Shown here piece by piece: positions 46,370-55,082 of a DNA stretch of 64,000 nucleotides. Both the position numbers and the translations under genes were made by a program. Each line of letters opens with the position of its first letter. Positions within the stretch are counted from its first letter, which is position 1. Below the pieces are notes generated by a model, which saw only the letters and a program-made list of their open reading frames with translations, had not been told where the DNA came from and did no database searches. Source of the stretch: Planctomycetota bacterium (GTDB lineage: Bacteria > Planctomycetota > GCA-002687715 > CAIWVZ01); NCBI GenBank assembly GCA_044222185.1, contig JBGANV010000006.1, forward strand, positions 288,001 to 352,000. The letters are read 5' to 3'.

Positions 46370-49300
46370 CTACGGCGTCAGGCGGCGGGCGGGCCGGATT
46401 CCGGTGTAATCGTCGCGCGCGCGAGAGTAGACGAACCGGAACACCTGGGCGTCGAGATCTTCGGGCGATTGGGCGGCCGTGCCTCCGGCGACCTCGCACG
46501 TGTGGACGATACGCGAGCGGCGCTCCGTCGAGCGACCCGTCCGGTACTCGGGCTCCAAGACGGTGTCGGAACACCACTCCTGCACGTTCCCGTAGACGTC
46601 GTGGAGGCCGAATGGGTTCGCTCCCTTCTCCCCGACGAAGCGAGGCGACGTCCGAGGTTGTGGCAGCGCGTCGAAGTTGAGATTCGCGAAGCCGGCGAGC
46701 GAGCGTGCCGCTTTGCCGCACCAGAAGCGGGCTGCCCCTCCGCCTTGCGCCGCATAGGTCCACTCCACATCCGTCGGCAGCCGCAGCCAGGCGCCCGTCT
46801 CACGGAGCAATGCCGACGCCTCGAACCAGTCGAGTGCGCCGAGCGGGTGGAGCGCGAGGTCTTCCGGCATGTCGAGCTCCGACCGACCGGTGAGCCGTGC
46901 CCATTGGGCCTCCGTCATCTCGTACTTCGAGATGAAGAATGGTTCGATCGGCGCGGGCGTGCGGGGGACGGTGCCCGTACCCGGTGCGAATGGGGTTCGG
47001 GTCCCCGGAAGGAGCACGAACACCAGGCTCGAGTTCCGAGTGAGTTGGAGGTGGCCATCGACTCGCTGCGGCGGGAGGCCGCTGGGCGGGTGACCGAATT
47101 CCAACAGGCGCGAGTCCGGGTCGCGCCCCAGCGGGACCAGGTCCAGTTGCGGTGTGAGCCGGGGCATGCCGGCGTAGAGGGGCTCCGCCTCGACGGCTTG
47201 GGTAGCCTGAGCCCACGCGCGGCGTGCGGCGTCGGTCTCCGTTGCTTCGGCGGCGAGTTCGATCCTCCTCCGCAGGCGTTCGAGGTCGGTGACGAGCCGA
47301 TCGAGGACCTCGTATCTCCGACCTTCGATTGCATGGCTGATACTCCAGCCGTTCCACGTCCGGATCCGCTCCGCGAGGTCCAGGAGCTCCGCTTCGCGCC
47401 TCGGAAGAAGACGAGCCTCCTCGCCCAAGGTCCAGCAGGCCGTTTCGCGCATGATGTTCTGCGCGTTGTCCTTGATGTTCCGGACCCAATGGTCGGCCTC
47501 GTCACGGCCCGCTCCGGTGCTCGACTCGAGGTTCCGCTCGGCCGCGGCCAGGGCCTCGAGAGCGTTCTGGCGGGCCTCTTCGAAGTGGGCGACGCGACAG
47601 AGCGCCCACGCAAGCGTGTCGAGCGTCCTGAGGCGAGGGACGTCGCCGGTCGCGGTGGCTGCGGCGCGCCGTGCGATGCAGAGCGCGCGGACTTCCTGTC
47701 CTTGGAACAGCCGTCGCTTGTTCGGTGCGATCAGGTCGAACGCCTTCAGTTGGAGGTCTACGGGGTCGCTTGGCAGCGTCGCGAACGAAATCTCTGCCTC
47801 GACGACGCTCTCGGGCGGAAAGCGGCTTGGCTCGAGCATGCGACGCCGCCATTCGAGGTCGGCTCGTTTCGTCTCGTACATGCGCCGGAGATCGAGGAGC
47901 TCTTCGTCGTGTTCGCGTTCGGCGTCTGGGATCGGCACGGCCCGTCCGCGGAGCTCGGACAACTCGCTGCGACAGTCCTCGAGGCCCGGTCCCGACTCCT
48001 CCTCCGCGCCGGACGCCCTCGTTCCCCGAACGAACCCGCGCGCGCGACGGAACCACCACGCCGTCGTCGTCTCGTCACTCCGCCTGGCGGGGGTGAGGTC
48101 GCTGCTCTCCGCGAGGAACCGCGCCAGATCCCGGGAGGTCACGAACGGCTGATTCCTCCGCGTCTCCTGGGCCGTGCTCCACAGGGTGAGACTGCCGGTC
48201 GCGACGATCGCGATGGACGCTGCCAGCGACGCGGCGAAGGCCTTGTTGCGCCGGACCCATTTTCGTGTCTCGGCCCAACCACCGGTTTCGTACGCCCTGA
48301 CGACCCGTCGCTCGACGTACCTCCTGAGGTCGTCCGCCAGATCCTGCATGTCCGCGTAGCGATCGGACGCTTTTCGCGCCATCGCCTTCTCACAGATCGC
48401 GACGAGCTCCGGCGCCGCATCCGGTGCAACCGCGTCGAGCCGCGGCGGCGGCGCTCGCTTCACGCGTTCCAGGACTGTTCCTTCGTCGTTCGAGCCTGGA
48501 GTCGCACCGGACGGCGATTTGAACGGCGGGTGACCGCTCAGCAGGTGGTAGAGCATGGCCCCGACCGAGTAGACGTCCGACTGAGGTCCGAGACGTTCGA
48601 TCTCGCCACGAGCTTGTTCTGGCGACATGTACGCGGCCGTGCCGAGAACGTCGCCATCCATGGTGACGAGAGGCGATTCCATTCCGGACTGCCGATCGGC
48701 CACGCGCTCGGTCGCGACGAGGCCTTCGAGGATCGGTGCATCCTTGCAGATGCGGATGTCGTGGACGTCCGGTTCGCCGATCACGCGCGCGAGTCCCCAA
48801 TCGACGACGTACACTTGGCCGAATCTCCCCACCATGACGTTGGACGGCTTCAGGTCTCGATGGAGGACCTGCTTCGCGTGGGCGTAGCTCATCGCATCGC
48901 ACACCTTGAGCATGACGTTCAGGGCGCGCACCTGGCTCCACTCCGAGGCGCCGTTCTGGACGTGGTCGAAGACCGTCAGCAGGTCCTCTCCGTCGATGAG
49001 GGGCATGGTGTAGTAGACGGCGCCGTCATCATCGACACCGATCTCGTGAAGTGGGACGATCCCCGGGTGGTCGAGCTGTGCCGTGATCTGGGCTTCCTCG
49101 ACGAACCGCCCCAGGTTGATCGACTCCACCGCGAGGTCGCCGACGGACGTGCCCCCGCGGTCGCCGTGCATGACCTTCATGGCGAGGTCGCGCCGCAGCT
49201 CGGGATCGTGCACCTTGAGAACGACGCCCATGCCGCCCCGCCCGAGCTCGCCGTCGCGGCGGAATCGCGCGCCGCGGGAATCGTTGCTGCGAAGCCGTGC

Positions 49301-49534
49301 GACCAGCTCGAACGCACGCGAGATCGCCGTCTCTCCGCCGTCCTGCGGAGGGCCGGGGAGGAGGCGGTCCAGCACGTCGAAATTTGCGACCAGCGATCGG
49401 ATCTCGTTCGCCAGCTCGGGATTGGCGTTGCAGATCGACTCCAGATCCACGGCTTCGCCGGCGTCGCGTCGCCGGAGGTAATCGTCCACGAGCCTCTCGG
49501 CAGCCGAGAGCTGGATCGATTCAGGATCGTCCAT
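46370..49534 (-). CDS. Ser/Thr protein kinase with TM and C-terminal FGE-sulfatase domain
   Basis: GRGGMG, AMK, HRDLKPSN, DWG, GTAAYMSPE; LRLPTDVEW, NPFGLHDVYGNVQEW. Confidence 0.92.
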   Translation of the reverse strand: MDDPESIQLSAAERLVDDYLRRRDAGEAVDLESICNANPELANEIRSLVANFDVLDRLLPGPPQDGGETAISRAFELVARLRSNDSRGARFRRDGELGRGGMGVVLKVHDPELRRDLAMKVMHGDRGGTSVGDLAVESINLGRFVEEAQITAQLDHPGIVPLHEIGVDDDGAVYYTMPLIDGEDLLTVFDHVQNGASEWSQVRALNVMLKVCDAMSYAHAKQVLHRDLKPSNVMVGRFGQVYVVDWGLARVIGEPDVHDIRICKDAPILEGLVATERVADRQSGMESPLVTMDGDVLGTAAYMSPEQARGEIERLGPQSDVYSVGAMLYHLLSGHPPFKSPSGATPGSNDEGTVLERVKRAPPPRLDAVAPDAAPELVAICEKAMARKASDRYADMQDLADDLRRYVERRVVRAYETGGWAETRKWVRRNKAFAASLAASIAIVATGSLTLWSTAQETRRNQPFVTSRDLARFLAESSDLTPARRSDETTTAWWFRRARGFVRGTRASGAEEESGPGLEDCRSELSELRGRAVPIPDAEREHDEELLDLRRMYETKRADLEWRRRMLEPSRFPPESVVEAEISFATLPSDPVDLQLKAFDLIAPNKRRLFQGQEVRALCIARRAAATATGDVPRLRTLDTLAWALCRVAHFEEARQNALEALAAAERNLESSTGAGRDEADHWVRNIKDNAQNIMRETACWTLGEEARLLPRREAELLDLAERIRTWNGWSISHAIEGRRYEVLDRLVTDLERLRRRIELAAEATETDAARRAWAQATQAVEAEPLYAGMPRLTPQLDLVPLGRDPDSRLLEFGHPPSGLPPQRVDGHLQLTRNSSLVFVLLPGTRTPFAPGTGTVPRTPAPIEPFFISKYEMTEAQWARLTGRSELDMPEDLALHPLGALDWFEASALLRETGAWLRLPTDVEWTYAAQGGGAARFWCGKAARSLAGFANLNFDALPQPRTSPRFVGEKGANPFGLHDVYGNVQEWCSDTVLEPEYRTGRSTERRSRIVHTCEVAGGTAAQSPEDLDAQVFRFVYSRARDDYTGIRPARRLTP

Positions 49535-49727
49535 GAGAGCCTCCGCTGGGATGGAACGGTGGTGAAGGACACCGCCGAGCGACGCCGCGACGATCATCGA
49601 GAGCGATGCCGCGGTCGTCAAGGAGCCCGCGGACGACGGGCGAGCGGGGCTCGCGCAAGATGCCTGCGCCGGTGCCTCGCGCGGGGTAGACTGTGCCCGC
49701 ACCATCACGCTGCACGGGGGATCCAGG

Positions 49728-50357
49728 ATGGACACGCCGAGCGAAGGCGCGCGGTCGGAACGCGAACCACAGGACACGTACACGCTCATCGATCGGTTTC
49801 GCGGCGGTGACCGGGATGCGGGCGAAACCCTGATGACCCGCTACAGGCCTCGGATCCATGGACTCGTCGAGCGGAGTCTCGGCGCGAAGCTCAGGGCGCG
49901 CGATGCGGTCTCGGATGTGGTCCAGCTCGTCTGCCTCCGGGTCTTGAAGGGACTCGAGACGTTCGATCGGCGCGGCGATGCGCGGTTCATGGATCTGGTC
50001 ACGAAGATGACCCGGTACGAGATCGCGAATCGAGCCCGCGACGGCCGGGCCGCGAAGCGCAACAGGCCCACCGTTCCACTGGAGGGCGGAGGCGACGATT
50101 CCCAGGCCGGCGTCGAGCTGGCAGACGATGCGTCGGGCGTCGTGACCAACGCCGAGCGCCGCGAGCTGTACGCGATTCTGCTGGAGAGACTGTCGGACCT
50201 GCCTGCGATTTACCGCGAGGTCATCGTGAGGAGGAAGATTCTGGGCGCGTCCTGGCGTGCCATCTCCGAGCGTCTCGGCCGTTCGCCGGCAGCCTGCGAG
50301 GAGCTGTGCCGGCGCGCCGTGCTGCGAGCGGCGAGCCTCGTGCCGGAACTGGGTTGA
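49728..50357 (+). CDS. ECF sigma factor
   Basis: Region 2 (GDRDA...SDVVQ) and region 4 (LPAIYREVIVRR...ISERLGRS). Confidence 0.88.
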   Translation: MDTPSEGARSEREPQDTYTLIDRFRGGDRDAGETLMTRYRPRIHGLVERSLGAKLRARDAVSDVVQLVCLRVLKGLETFDRRGDARFMDLVTKMTRYEIANRARDGRAAKRNRPTVPLEGGGDDSQAGVELADDASGVVTNAERRELYAILLERLSDLPAIYREVIVRRKILGASWRAISERLGRSPAACEELCRRAVLRAASLVPELG

Positions 50358-50460
50358 ACCTTCGCGATGCGGCGACGGGCGCGCATTCATCTGGCGTGGT
50401 GACGTCCGGCTTTCCCGGCGCGCATGACCCGGGCAGGTTTCGCGGCAACGACACATCGCA

Positions 50461-52053
50461 TCACCACGCGATGGTCGACACGCCCGTCTGATCGACAAGG
50501 CCCGTGGTCGTGGCATAGGCGACGGCGATCCCTTCCCAGGTCTGCCCGGCAAGGAAGGAGAGGGTTCCGGTGGGGACGATGACCGGCCCGCCGACGTAGG
50601 GGTTCGCCGTCGCGGGGAAGTGCGTGAGCCCGAAGTTCGTGGCGGGCGAGCTGAGGAACGCGAACCACGTCTGGTCCGGGACGAGACCGAAGACGGATCC
50701 CGTGCCTGGGCCGCCGGGCGCCGGCGTCGCCGAGAACAGAATGAGTACGTGCGTGGCGGTCGACGGGATCCCGCTGACCCCGAGGGCCACGTTGCCAGCG
50801 CCGCCGCCCGAGGTCTGTGCCACGAGGCTGAAGCCGCTCGCGGTTGGCGTGCAGGGGCCGCCCACGCAGCCTAGTTGGACGCTGTAGGTCCCGCCGATCG
50901 TTCCGTTGGCCGTGTCGAGCACGCCCGCGCTGTAGGTCCCGCCGACCGCGGCACCGTACGTCAGCGTGGACACGGAGGTGCCGCCAGTCACGGTCGTCGT
51001 CCCCGTCGCGACGAGCGCGCCGCTTGGTGAATGAAGGCGCAGTCCGAACTGGCTCGTCGACCCGATCATCGTCACCGTGATCGCCGTGCCCGCAGGCGCC
51101 GCAAACGTGTAGAGATCCATCTCCGCCGTGAGGAGCAGGCCGTTCAACGGCGGGCCGGGCGGCAGGGGAACCGTCTGGCCGGGGCCGTTCAACCGGTGAA
51201 CCTGGATCGAGTAGCTGAAGGGCTGGCTGAACGCCCCTGAGTCGGACAGGATCACCGTGTAGGTCCCGGCAGCGGGCAGGATGCAGGTCCCTGGGCCTCC
51301 CGGCGTCGTGGCGCCGATTTCCACGAGAAACGACCCGGTCGCCGAGCACACGATCGTTCCGTCGGCGCGGGCGAGCGCCACCGTCGCCATGACTCCGCCG
51401 ACCTTCGCCATCCGGATCGCGAGGGTGTCTCCCGCCTGCCCCGTGAATCGGACCGCACCCGTGCCGCCGATTCCGACGGCTCCCTGGGTCAATCGACCGA
51501 ATGCCGTCGGAACCGCCGTGGGGAGGTTGAGGCGTTGGACGTGGAGGACGTATCCCCCAGTGAGCGTTCCGTTGAACCCGTCGAACACGCGCAACGTGTA
51601 GACGCCGGTCGCCGGCAACAGGCAACTCGAACCCGCTGGTGTCAGCGCACCGATGGTCGCACCGAACCCGCCACCGGCGCTACAGAGGATGGTCCCCGTT
51701 GGACTTCTCAGCTGGATGGCGGCCCACAGGCTGCCGGACGTCGTCACTGCCCTGACGTACACCCGATCGTTGGCGGTGCCGCAGAACGTGTAGTTGTCCT
51801 GTTGTGCGGCGACGGCAATGGTCCCCGTCACCGTCTGGCCGTAGGCGATCTGCATCCCTGGTCCGCATGGCGCCTGGCCTTGGACCACGCCACTGGCCAC
51901 CACCAGCGCCAGCCCGAGCCAGATGCGGAGGAACGATCCTCGCGTCGTTCGCGGCGTGGCGGACGCGTGATCACGGCACCATCCCACTGGGGCTCGTCCG
52001 AGCGCGTGGACCGAAGTGACTGACGGTGAGGGTTGGGACGTCGCTCGAAACAT
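50461..52053 (-). CDS. Secreted protein with three PPC-like domains and C-terminal beta domain
   Basis: Signal peptide ending VQG-Q; repeated D.YTF.G.A.D...LPA.G.YT units; start uncertain. Confidence 0.8.
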   Translation of the reverse strand: MFRATSQPSPSVTSVHALGRAPVGWCRDHASATPRTTRGSFLRIWLGLALVVASGVVQGQAPCGPGMQIAYGQTVTGTIAVAAQQDNYTFCGTANDRVYVRAVTTSGSLWAAIQLRSPTGTILCSAGGGFGATIGALTPAGSSCLLPATGVYTLRVFDGFNGTLTGGYVLHVQRLNLPTAVPTAFGRLTQGAVGIGGTGAVRFTGQAGDTLAIRMAKVGGVMATVALARADGTIVCSATGSFLVEIGATTPGGPGTCILPAAGTYTVILSDSGAFSQPFSYSIQVHRLNGPGQTVPLPPGPPLNGLLLTAEMDLYTFAAPAGTAITVTMIGSTSQFGLRLHSPSGALVATGTTTVTGGTSVSTLTYGAAVGGTYSAGVLDTANGTIGGTYSVQLGCVGGPCTPTASGFSLVAQTSGGGAGNVALGVSGIPSTATHVLILFSATPAPGGPGTGSVFGLVPDQTWFAFLSSPATNFGLTHFPATANPYVGGPVIVPTGTLSFLAGQTWEGIAVAYATTTGLVDQTGVSTIAW

Positions 52054-52338
52054 CCAGGGGCTCCATCATTCGTGGCGGGTCGGGCGCGGTGGGGCAGGGG
52101 CGCCGCACCACGACTCCCACAGCACCGAACTGGAGCCGGTCCCACGTGGTGACGGTTTTCTTCTTGCCGTCCACCCGCCGCGCCCTCCGCGCGATCGATC
52201 GTGGGATTCGCTCCGCGATGGTGCTTGGGACGTTCGCCCGAATGGCGCGTCGATTGGCGACCCCGGCCGGGCCGCCATGCGTCGCACGCAGGCTGCGGCC
52301 GCGACTCCCGGCGGATTCTCGATGGTTGGAGACCCGAC

Positions 52339-53457
52339 ATGAGCCCGAACTGCACCGCACCGGCCTCTCGTCCGAATTCCGTCCTGACCCTGTGCTCGTT
52401 CGTCTTCGTGTTCGCCACATCGTCGATCTCCGCGCAGAACGGTGGCGGAGTAACCGCCGCCGACGCGGAGGTTGACTCGAGCGTGCGCAAGGCCGTCAGG
52501 GTCTGGCTTCGTGCGCGGGAGAGCATTTTCGTGCCGTGCGAGGGCTGCGATGGGAAGGGCGTGACGACCGTCATATGGACGGACGACGGGACCCGCGGAC
52601 TTTCCAGCAGGACGCGGCTTCACGACGGTTGCGGGGGTGTGGGCAAGGTGCTCCGACCTGCGGCACTGCAGGTCGTCAACGGCGTCTACCTTGGTGGCGC
52701 GGCGGAGCGCCCGGGACTCGTCGGCCCGCCACTGAGCGAAGCCGAGATCCGCGTCCAACTCCGGGCGGACCACCGGCCGAACGGGCCGAGCCTGGCGAGA
52801 CTCGAGGGTCGACTTGGAGTCTTGCACGAGCCCGCCGACGTGACGAACGTCGACATCGTGATGAGAAGTGACTTCCTGTCGTGCGTGCGCGTGACGACCA
52901 GCGCGGTGCCAGCGGTGACCGACTGGGTGCGTCTGGACACCCGGTGGTACCTCGTGGGCGAACGGGACCTGGGTCGTCTGATGGCGGATGCCGCCGGACG
53001 GGACGCGGCGCGTCCCGGTTTCCTGGCCGCCGGGCCGTCGAGTCTTCGGGAGGCCGACGCTCGCGCCGCCCGGCGTGCCGAGCGGTCGCGTGCATCCGGC
53101 GGTGACACGCGCCCCCACGTCGAACCACCGAAGCCGGCGTTTCCAACCAAGTGGCAGCGGTTCGACGCATGGGTCCCCACGGGTCTGAACTCGCTGAAGA
53201 TCTCCAACGCTCGCGACGACGTCATGATCGTCGGGATTCGGAGCGGCGGCTCGAAGGTCCGGGGCCTGGACATGGAGTTCCAGCCCCATGCGAAACGCAC
53301 CGTCCGCTTGCCCGTCGGGCAATACACGCTGCTCGTCCACTTCCCATCGGAGCCGGACTCCGTCTACACGGCGGGCGCGGTGGTGATCGGGCCCGACTCG
53401 GCGGCGGAGGTGACCGTGGGTGTCGCCGACGGAAACGGCCGTCTCAAGAAGCTGTGA
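52339..53457 (+). CDS. Secreted hypothetical protein with DnaJ-like zinc-finger motif
   Basis: Signal peptide ending ISA-Q; CEGCDGKG and HDGCGGVG; GGAG RBS. Confidence 0.65.
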   Translation: MSPNCTAPASRPNSVLTLCSFVFVFATSSISAQNGGGVTAADAEVDSSVRKAVRVWLRARESIFVPCEGCDGKGVTTVIWTDDGTRGLSSRTRLHDGCGGVGKVLRPAALQVVNGVYLGGAAERPGLVGPPLSEAEIRVQLRADHRPNGPSLARLEGRLGVLHEPADVTNVDIVMRSDFLSCVRVTTSAVPAVTDWVRLDTRWYLVGERDLGRLMADAAGRDAARPGFLAAGPSSLREADARAARRAERSRASGGDTRPHVEPPKPAFPTKWQRFDAWVPTGLNSLKISNARDDVMIVGIRSGGSKVRGLDMEFQPHAKRTVRLPVGQYTLLVHFPSEPDSVYTAGAVVIGPDSAAEVTVGVADGNGRLKKL

Positions 53458-53638
53458 CGCCCGATTGGTCCAGAACACGTCGCGCGCGAGATGAACCGAG
53501 CACCCAGGCTCGAAACTTCATTCCGGGAAGAAGCTGGGCGTGCACGACGTCTCACCTCACGTCAGGACTGACGCCTGGGTCCGGTCATTCCACCCCGGTC
53601 GCGCCAGTTTTCACCGGACTCGAACGGAGCACCGACCG

Positions 53639-53713
53639 ATGATTCGCCGCAACCTCTTGATGATCGTCGCGCTTGCCCTCTTCGTGCTCGTCCTGGTCCG
53701 CGTCTCGGCGTAG
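53639..53713 (+). CDS. 24-aa hydrophobic small protein
   Basis: GGAG at 53626-29, MIRRNLLMIVALALFVLVLVRVSA*, GC3-rich codons. Confidence 0.5.
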   Translation: MIRRNLLMIVALALFVLVLVRVSA

Positions 53714-53830
53714 ACGGGCGTGGGCCGGGTGATCGTCCGGCGCTGGCAGCCCTGACCCGTTGGCCGACCCGAGGAGCTTGATACCTTCGAGGCCCCGCAC
53801 CGCGCGCCGGTGCATCCTCGAGACAGGCTC

Positions 53831-54382
53831 ATGCAAATCAACGCACTCGACCTCCGCAAAGGCAACCTCGTCCGCTACGAGGGAAACATCTGCGAGGTGG
53901 TCTATTGGAACATCCTGAAGAACGACCGACGCCAGTTCGTCCAGATGAGGATCAAGAACCTCACCACCGGTCGCATCACTGAGCTCAAGGAACATGGCGA
54001 TTCGAAGTTCGAGAACCTCGAGAACGAGGTCGTCGAGCTCTCGCACTCGTACCGGGACGGCAACGACGACGTCTTCTACACGCCGGAAGGCGAGGAACAC
54101 CGTTGCTCGCACGACGTCGCCGCCGAGACGCTCAAGTGGAAGTCGGACGCCTACAAGGGCTTCGTCGTCGAAGGCCGACTCGTCACCGTGTCGCCACCGC
54201 AGACCGTCGTCGCCGTCGTGACGGATACGGCACCGCCGATGAAGGGCCAGAATCAGTCGGGCCTGAAGGACGCCATGCTGGACAACGGCATCAAGGTCCG
54301 CGTCGGCCTGCTGACCCAGGTCGGTGACAAGGTCCGCCTCGACCCGGACACGCTCGAGTTCAAGGAGCGCGTCACGTCGTGA
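53831..54382 (+). CDS. Divergent elongation factor P family protein
   Basis: ALDLRKG...FVQMRIKNLTTG N-domain and V.DTAP..KG...K.A.LDNG..V.V...VGDKVRLD...EFKER C-domain; PGKG absent. Confidence 0.88.
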   Translation: MQINALDLRKGNLVRYEGNICEVVYWNILKNDRRQFVQMRIKNLTTGRITELKEHGDSKFENLENEVVELSHSYRDGNDDVFYTPEGEEHRCSHDVAAETLKWKSDAYKGFVVEGRLVTVSPPQTVVAVVTDTAPPMKGQNQSGLKDAMLDNGIKVRVGLLTQVGDKVRLDPDTLEFKERVTS

Positions 54383-54433
54383 CCTGACGCGGGCGCGGGA
54401 GCCTGCACGGCGACCGCCCCAGTCGGCCTCGGG

Positions 54434-54844
54434 CTACACCGCCCCCCGCGAGCCCGTGAGCTCGCGGACGTCGTCCACGTAGGACGACTCCAGGATGGCG
54501 GACGCGCGGTGGGCGAGCGCCAGGCGGAACAGGCGCGCCTTCAACGATCGCGGCGACTCCCGCTGCTGGTTCACCGCTTCCAGGTGTTGGACGAAGTCGT
54601 CGCGCTCCGACGTCGTCACCTGATTTCGGAGCACGTCGAACGCCTGCATGGCTGCCGTCACCACCGTCGCCGGAGTCGACGTCCGGTCGAGAGCGGTGTC
54701 GATCAGATTCAGCACATGAACTGGCGGGCGACCTTCTTCGATCGCCGAGCGGATGTCCTGGTAGAGCGCCGGGGAACGTTCGAGGATGAGGAGGCGCTGA
54801 CGTTCCCAAACGCGCCTGATTTCATGCTGATCACGAGCTTCCAC
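54434..54844 (-). CDS. YbgA/DUF1722-like protein
   Basis: WERQRLLILERSPALYQDIR...ERDDF...LLxSxY-like ILESSY; GGAG RBS before GTG 54844. Confidence 0.65.
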   Translation of the reverse strand: MEARDQHEIRRVWERQRLLILERSPALYQDIRSAIEEGRPPVHVLNLIDTALDRTSTPATVVTAAMQAFDVLRNQVTTSERDDFVQHLEAVNQQRESPRSLKARLFRLALAHRASAILESSYVDDVRELTGSRGAV

Positions 54845-55047
54845 GCACCGGACTCCCTGCGGCTGCGTCGCTCGTGGCCAGATTGGCAGGTGGGCCCGAG
54901 GGATCGCAACGACGCGACGTCGATTCTTCTCGCTCCGACGACGTCGCCCGTTTCGCGACGCCCATCGTAGATGTGGCGCGCATCGTCTCAAGTCGGCGCG
55001 GCCCAGGTCAAGTCGTCCACGGAGCGCCGCCCCGGCCCGCGATCGTC

Positions 55048-55056
55048 TGGCATAAT
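55048..55056 (+). promoter_or_regulatory. Putative extended -10 promoter (TGgCATAAT) for the kinase gene
   Basis: TG-n-CATAAT upstream of GGAG (55073-76) and CTG 55083. Confidence 0.45.
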
Positions 55057-55082
55057 CCGCCGCTCACTTCGCGGAGATTCCT

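Noticed and set aside
46310-49810. 1166-aa plus-strand ORF
   Set aside because: Antisense shadow of the kinase-FGE gene; no motifs, expected from strong GC3 bias
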